The translations under genes were made by a program, and so were the position numbers. Shown piece after piece: positions 31,498 through 41,613 of a DNA stretch of 64,000 nt (positions are counted from its first letter, which is position 1; the number at the start of each line of letters is the position of its first letter). The stretch comes from an uncultured Methanosarcinaceae archaeon (GTDB taxonomy: Archaea > Halobacteriota > Methanosarcinia > Methanosarcinales > Methanosarcinaceae): the NCBI GenBank assembly GCA_963727895.1, contig CAVSHT010000013.1, positions 32,001 to 96,000 of the forward strand, read 5' to 3'. The notes beneath the pieces are model-generated. The model searched no databases and was not told where the DNA came from. It saw nothing but the letters and a program-made list of their open reading frames with translations.

Positions 31498-32742
31498 TTA
31501 ATCAGCCTCATAATGACCAAGACCACTTAATCGGCTGACTGCCGGACCTGTTAAAACGGATGTGAGCAGCGCCATAATAATCAAAGCCACAAATACGTGG
31601 TCGTCGATAAGTCCAGCATCCTTTGCGACGGTAGCAAGTATCATCTCCATAGCACCCCTTGCGTTCATGGCAACACCTATGACGGCAGACTGCCTCAGTG
31701 GCAGTTTGCTGATCATCAAACCAAGTGTTACACCGAGTATCTTTCCTATACACGCAATAATCAAAACTTCAAGCACCAGGATCAAATCAAAAGATGTCAC
31801 GAAATCTGCTCGCAACCCTATTGAAACAAAATAGAGAGGGGCAAAAAAATGCATGACAAACTGATGGATCATTTCATGCGCATCATCACGCTTTTCCAGA
31901 CCTTGAGAAAATGCTAGGCCCACTAAGAAAGCGCCAAACACAGCGTGTATTCCAATCGCTTCGGCACAAGCTGCGGCTAATAGAATAAGGACTGTTGTTA
32001 TTCCGAGGAATGAACCTGGCCAGGGGAGATTCATCTTCAACCATTTTTGAGCTTTCTGCGCCAGAGTCCGACCTATTGTGAGCATGAAAGCAAATAGCAA
32101 AAATACCATAATGAAAGTAATGTAAGGTGGGATATTCATTATGCTCTCAGGTGCGAAATTACTTAATATAAAGGCAAATAACGACCATCCTACAAGATCA
32201 TCGATAGTTGCGGCGCCGGTAATGATCATCCCTATATCTGTCTTCATCAAATCTAGATCCATAAGGGTTCTGGCAATCACCGGAAGGGCGGATATTGACA
32301 GCGCTGTGCCCATGAACATCGCGAAAAATAATAATCTGCCCTGAAAATGCTCCCTCCACATGTCCGGGAACAGGAAAATCATCCCGAAACCCATTATAAA
32401 TGGTATCAATATCCCCATTAAACTGGCCCAGGCTATGTTAACGCTCCGTTTCTTAACTAGGCTCAGGTTCATCTCCAGGCCTGCTGCGAATAAAAAGAAC
32501 AGCATGCAGATCTGGATAAGGGCATCTCTGCCCTGGAAAATAACCCCTGATGACGGGAATAGTGAGTTATAAGTGCTTGGACTAAGCCTTCCCAAGATTG
32601 TTGGACCAAGGATAATACCACCAAAGAGCTCACCTAGGACCGCAGGAAAACTAAGAATACGCATTACCTGTCCACAAAACAATGCTATAAAAAGCATAAT
32701 AGCAATCTCTAGGAAAAAGACCATTATCTCTATCGGCGTCAT
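31498..32742 (-). CDS. Cation:proton antiporter (CPA2 / KefB-like)
   Basis: PAVLGELFGGIILGP, LFAAGLE, SALPV, AATIDD, FGAF and MNARG. Confidence 0.92.
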   Translation of the reverse strand: MTPIEIMVFFLEIAIMLFIALFCGQVMRILSFPAVLGELFGGIILGPTILGRLSPSTYNSLFPSSGVIFQGRDALIQICMLFFLFAAGLEMNLSLVKKRSVNIAWASLMGILIPFIMGFGMIFLFPDMWREHFQGRLLFFAMFMGTALSISALPVIARTLMDLDLMKTDIGMIITGAATIDDLVGWSLFAFILSNFAPESIMNIPPYITFIMVFLLFAFMLTIGRTLAQKAQKWLKMNLPWPGSFLGITTVLILLAAACAEAIGIHAVFGAFLVGLAFSQGLEKRDDAHEMIHQFVMHFFAPLYFVSIGLRADFVTSFDLILVLEVLIIACIGKILGVTLGLMISKLPLRQSAVIGVAMNARGAMEMILATVAKDAGLIDDHVFVALIIMALLTSVLTGPAVSRLSGLGHYEAD

Positions 32743-33053
32743 ACAACCTTACCTAATTTTTTATATTTACCTTATTTTTAAACATCTTGTAGTGGCTTAT
32801 CGAATTATTCCTGTACTATTCTCAAAAATGCATTTTCAATGTAGAGCTGTATAATAATTGGATGAATTATCCATAATTTGAGCTTTATAATTATTACTAT
32901 AATATTAAGTCATTGGTTCTAAGTTAAGCCATTTTTTCGTTTACTACTAAGAATTCCATGTGAATTAATGTCAACTCAAGTTTCAAAGAGAAAAAGAAAT
33001 TATTCTGGTCATTAATGTTCAGGTGTTGAATATTTAAAAGCCTATATAATTTA

Positions 33054-33185
33054 GACTTTGTAAATAACCTCTCAAATCCACTATCAGTGGGTTGAAACCG
33101 GCAAGTTTATCTAATAAGTGATAATACTTTTTGAATTGTTGTTAACTTTGATTTTTACTTGAATATTGAGGATTTCTACAGAGCC
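33054..33185. mobile_element. Degenerate MITE-like element (second family)
   Basis: GACTTTGTAAATAACCTC versus the reverse complement of the right end GGCTCTGTAGAAATCCTC (13/18); a similar end lies at 57127. Confidence 0.45.
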
Positions 33186-33512
33186 AGAATTTATTAATTC
33201 TTTATACTCAATTTTTTGAACCTTGTATTAAACGCAAATCTTGAAACCAGAAACTTAAGGTTTTAAGCCCATTAAAATCAACTCTGATGTCTGTAAGGTT
33301 GTAACTTTTTTCGTTTTACAGTATCTTATAGTTAGCTTGTTCTTTCCAATAACTAGGCGTTTTTTATTAAAATGTCGGGATATATATGGTATAAGATTAA
33401 TATAACGTTATAAGGGGAAGCTTATAATAATAATTAAATTTGATTATTATGAACTTTTATTTTTTTGAGTGATCTTCCGAATGGACAATGCATTTTTGAG
33501 AGGGGGAATATC

Positions 33513-33809
33513 ATGTCAGTTAAAATTGAATGGCAAATTTTCACAGCCGAGACCCGGAGCGACGGTACGTGGAATTCTAACAGCCCTGCTCTTGCAGAGT
33601 TGCTCAACGCCATAGCAAGCCCGGACAAAATTAAGGAACCTGCTTTAGATATTGAGGATGCAATGGCTCATCTGGCCATCAAAGGATTGCCATATTTTAA
33701 AATAACTTCAGTTACTCTTGGAGATAACAGAGGAAAAAGCAGTACTAAAAAGTCCTCAAATACTAATAAAAAGTCCTCAAATACTAATGCTAACATAAAT
33801 TTCAGTTGA
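33513..33809 (+). CDS. Hypothetical protein
   Basis: GAGGGGG ribosome-binding site before the ATG; globular-looking N-terminus; C-terminal KKSSNTN duplicated by a 21-bp tandem repeat. Confidence 0.6.
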   Translation: MSVKIEWQIFTAETRSDGTWNSNSPALAELLNAIASPDKIKEPALDIEDAMAHLAIKGLPYFKITSVTLGDNRGKSSTKKSSNTNKKSSNTNANINFS

Positions 33810-34223
33810 AATCTCATAAAAAAATGTTCATGTATATTCGATTAAAATACGATTGTAAGAAATGTGTTGTTTTTTGCGTTTCTGTAAGGCTTAAAATGTA
33901 CAGGATAAATGTAAGACAAATAGTAATTTTAATCTTTATTTTCAATTCTATTATTTTTATAAGGTCCTCTAAAAACGATTTATTTTTTCACTGTTATTAG
34001 TTTTTATTTTCAGATTAAGCATATATTAGTAGGCTTTATAGAAAATCTATCTTCTCTTCTTCATTCTATTTTTGTAAAAATTCGTTTTCCATTCCCTTAC
34101 AAATGTTTTTCTGTATTTTCTTTTAATAAGTTATTCAGATAACTTTTCAAAATCTTGAGTATCCTTTTTTATCTATCATTTTTTATTAAGTATATAAATT
34201 ACGATACTTTTTTATTAAACAAT

Positions 34224-34263
34224 AGGAATAGGATTTCCTTTTCTTTCGCAATACTTATATATA
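34224..34263 (+). promoter_or_regulatory. NrpR-type nitrogen operator (AGGAA-N6-TTCCT) plus TATA box of amtB-glnK
   Basis: GGAATAGGATTTCC at 34225-34238 matches the GGAA-N6-TTCC operator; TTATATATAA at about 34255-34264. Confidence 0.7.
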
Positions 34264-34464
34264 ATGACAAGGAATTACTTTGCTGGTGATATGATTCAGG
34301 GCTATTAGACGGATAAGATAGGCTTGAAATAGAGTTAACTATCAAAATTTAATCTTTATGAAAATTTCAATTATATGTTGTTCTTTCAACCTGTCTTTAT
34401 AAAATAGTATCATGTCGCTGACCGCCTATTATTAGGCCCAAATGGATATTAAGGAGTCTATTGA

Positions 34465-36090
34465 ATGCGAAAAAAAATAAATGGGTTATTTGTTAGTTTA
34501 TTGATACTATTTATTTTGGTCGTTGCTTTTCCGGCAATAGTGCTGGCGGACCAGCAGGCAGACCAGCAGGCAGACCCTACAGGGGCTAGTACGAATTATT
34601 CCAGCTATGTAGCGTCGAGCACTGGCGGTGCACCTTCTTTAGCAGACGTGACCAGTGCTGTAGGACATAACAGCGTAGCTATAAATATCGTGTGGACATT
34701 GCTCGCGGGTTTCCTTGTTATGTTTATGCAGGCTGGATTTGCAATGGTCGAGACGGGATTCGTCCGTGTGAAGAATGTTGCGCATACGATGGCTATGAAC
34801 TTTCTTGTGTATCCACTTGGTATGTTAGGGTTCTTCGTGACGGGTTTTGCCATCATGTTTGGAGGCGTCGGCCCACTGGCAACGCTGGGAGGTTATACAG
34901 GGCTTAACCATGAATTTACTATTACCCTTTTAGGTCATCAGTTCGGGCTCTTCGGAATGACTGGATTTGGGCTGATAGGCACTTATGATGTGGGTGTATT
35001 CGCCTTATTCTTATTCCAGATGGTCTTCATGGATACGACCGCGACGATTCCTACTGGAGCTTTGGCAGAACGTTGGAAGTATTTGAATTTCTGTATAATG
35101 GGATTTGCTATTGGTGCCTTTATATACCCGCTTTTCGGTAACTGGGTATGGGGCGGAGGTTGGCTTGCTCAGCTTGGTGTTAATTTTGGTCTGGGTCACG
35201 GTCATGTGGATTTCGCCGGTTCATCAGTAGTACATATGACTGGAGGAGTAATCGGACTGGTAGGTGCATGGTTAATCGGACCGCGTATCGGTAAGTATAA
35301 TAAAGACGGTTCCGTTAATGCAATACCAGGTCACAGTATCCCTATGGCTATAATCGGTACTTTCATCCTCGCTTTTGGATGGTTCGGTTTCAATGCAGGC
35401 TCAACCATGGCAGGTGGAGATCTGAGAATAGCCATGGCAGCCACAAATACTATGTTAGCTTCAGCTACCGGTGCTATTATGGCTACTGCATGGATGTGGG
35501 CTGTTCGCACGAAAAAGCCGGATCCAGGTATGGCATGTAACGGTATGTTGGCAGGACTTGTAGCTATCACTGCACCCTGTGCATTCGTCAACCAGATAAG
35601 TGCCGCAATTATTGGTCTTGTTTCGGGTATTCTTGTAGTCGAATCTGTCTACTTTGTTGAGAGAAAATTAAAAATCGATGACCCAGTTGGTGCTGTCTCT
35701 GTACACATGGTCAATGGTGCATGGGGTTGTCTTGCTCTAGGTCTATTTGCAGACGGCAGCTATGGCGCTGGATGGAATGGTGTGCCTGGAACCGTTACTG
35801 GTTTATTATATGGTCAGCCTCTCCAGTTTGTGGCTCAATGCATTGGTGTAGCTACCAACTTTATTGTGGTTGGTATACTGTCGTTTGTCATCTACAAGTT
35901 GATTAACCTCATCACTCCAATGCGTGTGAGTGCCGAGGTTGAGATTGATGGACTTGATGTTCCTGAAGTAGGATGTCCGGGTTATGTTGGCGATAGTCCT
36001 GAGACCGGAATGAATAAGAGCTCTGAACCAGTACATATGCATGAGTCAGTAGGGGTAGTGGCCGAAGCCAAAAAGGATGGATCTGCATGA
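34465..36090 (+). CDS. amtB: Ammonium transporter
   Basis: FMQAGFAMVETG, WVWGGGWL, DFAGSSVVH, GWFGFNAGS and DDPVGAVSVH. Confidence 0.97.
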   Translation: MRKKINGLFVSLLILFILVVAFPAIVLADQQADQQADPTGASTNYSSYVASSTGGAPSLADVTSAVGHNSVAINIVWTLLAGFLVMFMQAGFAMVETGFVRVKNVAHTMAMNFLVYPLGMLGFFVTGFAIMFGGVGPLATLGGYTGLNHEFTITLLGHQFGLFGMTGFGLIGTYDVGVFALFLFQMVFMDTTATIPTGALAERWKYLNFCIMGFAIGAFIYPLFGNWVWGGGWLAQLGVNFGLGHGHVDFAGSSVVHMTGGVIGLVGAWLIGPRIGKYNKDGSVNAIPGHSIPMAIIGTFILAFGWFGFNAGSTMAGGDLRIAMAATNTMLASATGAIMATAWMWAVRTKKPDPGMACNGMLAGLVAITAPCAFVNQISAAIIGLVSGILVVESVYFVERKLKIDDPVGAVSVHMVNGAWGCLALGLFADGSYGAGWNGVPGTVTGLLYGQPLQFVAQCIGVATNFIVVGILSFVIYKLINLITPMRVSAEVEIDGLDVPEVGCPGYVGDSPETGMNKSSEPVHMHESVGVVAEAKKDGSA

Positions 36091-36425
36091 AGAAAATAGA
36101 AGCAGTTGTTAGACCCACAAAGCTTGAAGAAGTAAAAATCTCGCTCGAAAATGCCGGCTTCTGTAGCCTTACCATTGTCGACGTAAAAGGTCGTGGTCAG
36201 CAAAAAGGCATTATCCAGCAATGGAGAGGGCAAGAGTATAGGGTTGACACTCTACCGAAGGTAAAGGTTGAGTTGACAGTAAATGATGAAGATGTAGATA
36301 AAGCCATTGAAGCTATTGTTAGTTCCGCAAGGACCGGCAATATTGGTGATGGTAAAATCTTTGTTTCACCCGTTGAAAAGGTTTTAAGGATCAGAACCGG
36401 TGAAACAGATGGAAAGGCCGTTTAA
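36087..36425 (+). CDS. glnK: P-II nitrogen regulatory protein
   Basis: KGRGQQKG T-loop and RTGNIGDGKIFV...IRTGE. Confidence 0.97.
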   Translation: MKKIEAVVRPTKLEEVKISLENAGFCSLTIVDVKGRGQQKGIIQQWRGQEYRVDTLPKVKVELTVNDEDVDKAIEAIVSSARTGNIGDGKIFVSPVEKVLRIRTGETDGKAV

Positions 36426-37142
36426 GGCCTTTCTTTTTTAAATTTATTTAAGAGGCGCTACTCATAAAAACCAGTTTGGAATTGTAGCCAAATATTGGAT
36501 AATTTATTCAGTGTGATTTCTTATCAATTACTACTTTTTTCTATACTGTTTGCCCATTTAGGCTGCAATCCCATTTCTGCTTATGTATTCTTAATTTCCT
36601 GTACAAAATGTCCATTTTTAGTTTTGGGGTCTATATTTATTAGCATTGTATCCATAGCTTCTTTAAAGAGATATTTTTATCTCATATTCATTACTCCTGA
36701 TGGTAACTCAATAAGGCAATAGTTTTTTCAGATCTTCAAGCGTTTCTCCTCTTGGTGGAGACAACTTCCTCCAGCATATATTCTTTATATGCAAAAAAGA
36801 TACGACTGTAGTATCTGATTATTATCTGATTATAAATATCTATGAAGCATTTGATTGAAATATCAACTAGAACAATTTAAAATCTGTTTTAGCCAAAAAT
36901 GAATAGCAGGAATTTTAAAATCCAGCTTAATTGAATATACAAAAAAGCCTGAAATTAACCCTACGAATATATATTTCTTAAAGTTATTTGACACGTCGAG
37001 TATACGCGGATCTCTTAAAACTTTCTCCCGTTGTTTTTTTCTCAAAAGAATTATATCATATAAATCCCAACTATGTTAAACTCTTCATTATTACAAATCC
37101 ATCTAATTGTGTTAAACTCAAACAGAGATTGAGGTTTTAAAA

Positions 37143-37535
37143 ATGACAGAAAAAATCGGAATTCTGGCTATCGGCCACGGGAGCAAGCTACCTTACAACA
37201 AGGAAGTCGTTACTCAGATTGCAAATTATATAGCCCAAAAACACTCTGATATCGTCATCAGAGCTGGCTTTATGGAAAATAGTGAGCCAACACTTGAAGA
37301 AGCAATTGCAGGTTTCTCAGGCACTGGTGTGACAAAAATTGCAGCAGTACCGGTTTTCCTGGCTTCTGGAGTACACATAACAAAGGATATACCTGAGCTC
37401 CTTAGTCTGGATGAACAGGGCTGTGGTACTCTGGAAATTGATGGAAAAGCAATTCCTATATGCTATGCAAAGCCTCTTGGAGCCGATGAGCTTATCGCTG
37501 ACCTTGTGTTCAAAAGGGTTGAGGAAGCCCTTTAA
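37143..37535 (+). CDS. cfbA: Sirohydrochlorin nickelochelatase (CbiXS-type)
   Basis: GHGS, FMENSEP and [15 protein letters not shown]; first gene of the cfb cluster. Confidence 0.95.
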   Translation: MTEKIGILAIGHGSKLPYNKEVVTQIANYIAQKHSDIVIRAGFMENSEPTLEEAIAGFSGTGVTKIAAVPVFLASGVHITKDIPELLSLDEQGCGTLEIDGKAIPICYAKPLGADELIADLVFKRVEEAL

Positions 37536-37559
37536 ATTCATAGCGAGGTCCGGTTTTTC

Positions 37560-39137
37560 ATGGGCCTATCTCAGAAAAATATCGTCGTGCTAGACCTAAC
37601 TCACGGCGGTATTCCCATAGCAAAAAAACTTGCAGTTTCTGGAAATAAAGTAACGGGGATAGACGTCTATGGGACAGTCAAGCCTGAAAAACTGCTTGAA
37701 CTTAAAGAGAAGTATGGGATGCACTGTTCAAAAATCCCTATCTCTGAATCAGGATTCGACTTCATTATTGCACCTGTACACCTTGATTTTGCTTATCCAA
37801 TGCTTGTTGAAGCCAGATCACAGGAAAAAACTATCCTTTCGCATCACGAAATTGTTGGAGAAATTCTCAAAGCCGATCCAAGGCTTTCAGGTATAAAAAC
37901 GGTTGAAGTTACAGGAGTAAAAGCAAAAACAAGCACTGCATCCCTCCTTGCCGATATGCTCTCCAGACAATTTGAAGTAGTGTTGCATACTTCACGGGGA
38001 CTCGAATACTGGAAAGCAGGTATTTCTTCTCTTATTTATAAGGGCTTGAGCATAACTCCCGGAAGTATTCTGGTTGCAGTTGAGAAAACTTTCGAAGCCG
38101 GATTAAGACCCGATTTTTTTATCTTTGAAATATCAATCGGCGGCACTGGTACTGCTGATTTAGGGATTCTTACAACTCTTTCTCCAGATTATGGGATTGC
38201 AAACAATAAAGCCCTTGCAAGTGAAGCAAAGCTCCAACTCATCAGAAACGCAAAGTCTGGTAGTACGCTTTTAATTAATTCACAGGCCGAAAAAGCACTT
38301 AAAGCTGCAAAAGAGATTCAGGTGAAAAGTCTAACTTTCAAAGATCCGTTCAATGAAGATGTTTCCGGAACTTCAACCAAAACAGCCGATTTTGTGCTGG
38401 AAACAAGGTCTGAGCCTTCATCTCTATCAGTCTCTTCAGAATTACCAATTTCTTCAGGATCACCAATTTCTTCAGGATCACCAATTTCTTTAGGATCATC
38501 AGATTCATCAATGTCAACCAGCTTATCAGACTCATCAATTCCATCAAGCTTACCAGATCTCAGAGCTTCTCCTACATCTTCAGGTTATAAGATTCACTTT
38601 ATACATAGTGGAAATAAAATTTTTTCAGCTTTCCTGTGTCCAGGATATAATATTTCGGCTTACAGAACTGCCTTTGTTGCAGCTTCAGCAGCTGCCCTCG
38701 AACTTGGAATTAAACGTGAAGCTGTTATTTCGGCAATTGAGGATTTCAGGGGACTTTCCGGCAGGATGCAGGAAAAGGAAGTGGACGGGATCTTCCTTAT
38801 AGACAATTCCAATTCCGGTATGGATATTCTCTCGGCTGAAAAAGCTCTTGACTATGCCTTACTTAAGAAAAAGGACGAAAAAAAAGATGGTGTCATCCTC
38901 GTTTTAGGAGAAGAAGCTTCTCAGGTCTGTGAAGGACTTCCTCCTCAATCTGTGCAGTGCTTTGTAGATAAATTTGGTACTAAATGCAGACAAATTATAC
39001 TGGTTGGAGAACGGATGGGAAAAGTAATTGGAAAAAACCTTTCTTATGCACGGAATCTCCCTGATGGGCTCTCTAAAGCATCTGAATTGGCAGGAGTCCA
39101 CGACATAATAATTTCTTCTGTAAAATGCTTCCGTTAA
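37560..39137 (+). CDS. cfbE: Coenzyme F430 synthase (Mur ligase-like)
   Basis: [25 protein letters not shown] and DNSNSG; cfb context; Ser-rich insertion. Confidence 0.93.
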   Translation: MGLSQKNIVVLDLTHGGIPIAKKLAVSGNKVTGIDVYGTVKPEKLLELKEKYGMHCSKIPISESGFDFIIAPVHLDFAYPMLVEARSQEKTILSHHEIVGEILKADPRLSGIKTVEVTGVKAKTSTASLLADMLSRQFEVVLHTSRGLEYWKAGISSLIYKGLSITPGSILVAVEKTFEAGLRPDFFIFEISIGGTGTADLGILTTLSPDYGIANNKALASEAKLQLIRNAKSGSTLLINSQAEKALKAAKEIQVKSLTFKDPFNEDVSGTSTKTADFVLETRSEPSSLSVSSELPISSGSPISSGSPISLGSSDSSMSTSLSDSSIPSSLPDLRASPTSSGYKIHFIHSGNKIFSAFLCPGYNISAYRTAFVAASAAALELGIKREAVISAIEDFRGLSGRMQEKEVDGIFLIDNSNSGMDILSAEKALDYALLKKKDEKKDGVILVLGEEASQVCEGLPPQSVQCFVDKFGTKCRQIILVGERMGKVIGKNLSYARNLPDGLSKASELAGVHDIIISSVKCFR

Positions 39138-39527
39138 ATACCTCTCTCTACTTAGTGTTCTTTGAAGATGTTGATGATTAATGAGGGATTAATGGGGAAT
39201 CAGATAAGTACAAATTACTACGAAATTAATCAAAAAATACCCGGAAATTCAATAATTATCTAGGAGCTTTTGACCGAGATCTAAAATTCGGATAAGGCTT
39301 TACCAATATTAACAGGTTAAATTCAGTCTTCAGGTTTCTGCCCGGATTTATGATACAATTTTATACAGGCTCTTTCAATCTGTATTCGTTTTCATTACTT
39401 GCCCATTACTTGCTTTAATTTCAACTGATCGTGTTTCTTTATCTCAATCGATATACTTAAAGGATTTAAAAATTCTAAACGAAATTCAATTTATCATTCT
39501 TATATTATCTAAATAAGAGGATTTATC

Positions 39528-40640
39528 ATGGCTGGAAAAGAGATTTCAATCATTCACCCCCGCCCAAGTTCTATAGTCGCGGCTCTTTACACTCTAAGAG
39601 ACTTAAATGTTGATGTCGCTATTCTGCATGGACCTCCTGGTTGTTCCTTTAAACATGCAAGGCTGCTTGAAGAAGACGGTATACATGTCGTTACCACAGG
39701 CCTTGATGAAAATAATTTCGTTTTCGGAGGGCACGACAGGCTTGTAGAACTGATAAACAAGTCAGTGGAACTTTTTAACCCTAAACTTATAGGGGTAGTA
39801 GGAACTTGTGCCAGTATGATTATTGGTGAAGAAATGCATGACGCTGTACTTGAAGCAAATCCCGATGTCCCGGTAATTGAAGTTGAAGTGCATGCAGGTT
39901 ATCACAATAATACAAAAGGAGTGCTCTTTGCTCTGGAGTCAGCACTTGATGCTGGAATTATTGACCATAAAGAGTTCGAACGTCAGGAATACCTCCTTGA
40001 AAAGGCTACAGATGTGGAAAAAAGATTTGGGGCTGCAAGCAGAGAATACCTGGCTCCATCTCGCGGAGATGTCAAATATAAAGCTGCAAAGCGTGTTATT
40101 CAGCTCCTCAAGGAAGGCAAGAAGGGTCTTGTCATCATGAACGCTAAAAAAGAAACCGGATACATGTTTGCAGACATCACCCTTGCAGTAAACGAGGTTG
40201 CAGAAAGTCTCGGAAAAAAAGAAAACCTTATTAATATGGCAAATATCGACCCAATGCTCGGACTTCCCAGAGTAAGGCAGCATGCCGAATATATAATGAG
40301 AGACTTCAAAGCAAATGGGGTTGAAATGCATGAAATCATTGGCGGCATGGATGAATATCCAATTGCAGGAGAAAAGGTCAGCGAATTGATTAAGGAAAAA
40401 TATAGTGACTTCGACTTTGCGGTAATTTCGGGCGTTCCTCATGCAATTCCTATGGAACACATAAAAAATATGGAACTTATTTCGATTACCAATGGTCCTA
40501 GACAGGTTTTACCTTTAAAGGAAATGGGTCACAAGTATGTGTTGGTTGAAATTGACCTCCACCCAAAAACTCTAGGAGTTAGTGAAATCGTGGAATCCGA
40601 GTTTGGGGCTACTTTAAGGGAAGTTGCAAAGGAAAACTAA
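39528..40640 (+). CDS. cfbD: Ni-sirohydrochlorin a,c-diamide reductive cyclase, catalytic subunit (NflD)
   Basis: [25 protein letters not shown] and [10 protein letters not shown]. Confidence 0.96.
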   Translation: MAGKEISIIHPRPSSIVAALYTLRDLNVDVAILHGPPGCSFKHARLLEEDGIHVVTTGLDENNFVFGGHDRLVELINKSVELFNPKLIGVVGTCASMIIGEEMHDAVLEANPDVPVIEVEVHAGYHNNTKGVLFALESALDAGIIDHKEFERQEYLLEKATDVEKRFGAASREYLAPSRGDVKYKAAKRVIQLLKEGKKGLVIMNAKKETGYMFADITLAVNEVAESLGKKENLINMANIDPMLGLPRVRQHAEYIMRDFKANGVEMHEIIGGMDEYPIAGEKVSELIKEKYSDFDFAVISGVPHAIPMEHIKNMELISITNGPRQVLPLKEMGHKYVLVEIDLHPKTLGVSEIVESEFGATLREVAKEN

Positions 40641-40674
40641 AAAATAAGAACGGGGAAATCAGGAGGAAGATCCT

Positions 40675-41472
40675 TTGACAAAGCAAAAGATCATCGCAAT
40701 CTATGGAAAAGGCGGGATTGGCAAATCGAGTACAGCTTCAAATGTTGCCGCCGCTTGCGCTGAGGCAGGAAAAAAAGTCATGATCATAGGCTGTGATCCT
40801 AAAAGTGACTCATCAATCACTCTGCTTGGAGGCAGGAGAATTCCAACTATTCTCGACCTTCAGCGTGAAGGTGTAGATATACAGGAAAAAGATGTAGTCT
40901 TTGAAGGATATGCAGGTGTCAAATGTGTGGAAGCAGGGGGTCCGGAACCAGGAATAGGGTGTGCAGGGCGAGGAATTATTGTTGCCATCCAGAAATTGAA
41001 ACGTATCTCAGGAGATCTCTTAAAAGAGCAGGACTTAATCATTTACGATGTACCTGGAGACATAGTCTGCGGAGGATTCGTTGCCCCTGTAAGGAAAGGT
41101 TTTGTAAATGAGATTTATGTCCTTACTTCTGGAGAGTACATGCCTCTTTATGCAGCAAATAATATCTGCAAAGGTCTTTTGAAGATAGGAATGCCTCTCA
41201 GTGGAGTAATCTGTAATTCCAGAAACGTGAGCAGGGAAGAAGAAATTGTTGCAAAGTTTTCTGAGGAAATCGGCAGTCAACTAATGGTTTTTATTCCAAA
41301 GAGGCAGTCAGTTCAGGATTGTGAGAGAGAAGGTTACTCTGTAATGGAAAAAGCACCTGAATCTGATATTGCGGAAATCTACCGCCAGCTTGGAAAAGCG
41401 ATCCTTGAAAACAATAACAAAGTCACAGCAGGTTTTCTAAGTGATGAAAGGTTAAGGGAATTGACAAAATAA
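40675..41472 (+). CDS. cfbC: Ni-sirohydrochlorin a,c-diamide reductive cyclase, ATP-dependent reductase (NflH)
   Basis: NifH-like [27 protein letters not shown] and GDIVCGGF, next to cfbD. Confidence 0.96.
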   Translation: MTKQKIIAIYGKGGIGKSSTASNVAAACAEAGKKVMIIGCDPKSDSSITLLGGRRIPTILDLQREGVDIQEKDVVFEGYAGVKCVEAGGPEPGIGCAGRGIIVAIQKLKRISGDLLKEQDLIIYDVPGDIVCGGFVAPVRKGFVNEIYVLTSGEYMPLYAANNICKGLLKIGMPLSGVICNSRNVSREEEIVAKFSEEIGSQLMVFIPKRQSVQDCEREGYSVMEKAPESDIAEIYRQLGKAILENNNKVTAGFLSDERLRELTK

Positions 41473-41613
41473 ACTAAAATCACAGACAATAAGGAAATTG
41501 GCCGGATAAACAAATATTGGCGGTCAAGTTGCGATAGAAGTTACGATGGCAATAAACTGCAAAGTAAATTAGCCGTATAATTGCCGCAAAAAATTGATCA
41601 GGGGTATCGAAAA

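Noticed and set aside
36490..36790. Protein-like fragments on the minus strand downstream of glnK
   Set aside because: Multiple stops and no recognisable motif; it may be an old pseudogene but I cannot support it
39528..41472. NifD/NifH-like genes near amtB-glnK as a nitrogenase
   Set aside because: A short NflD-type subunit, no NifK, and flanking cfbA/E/B identify the known F430 pathway
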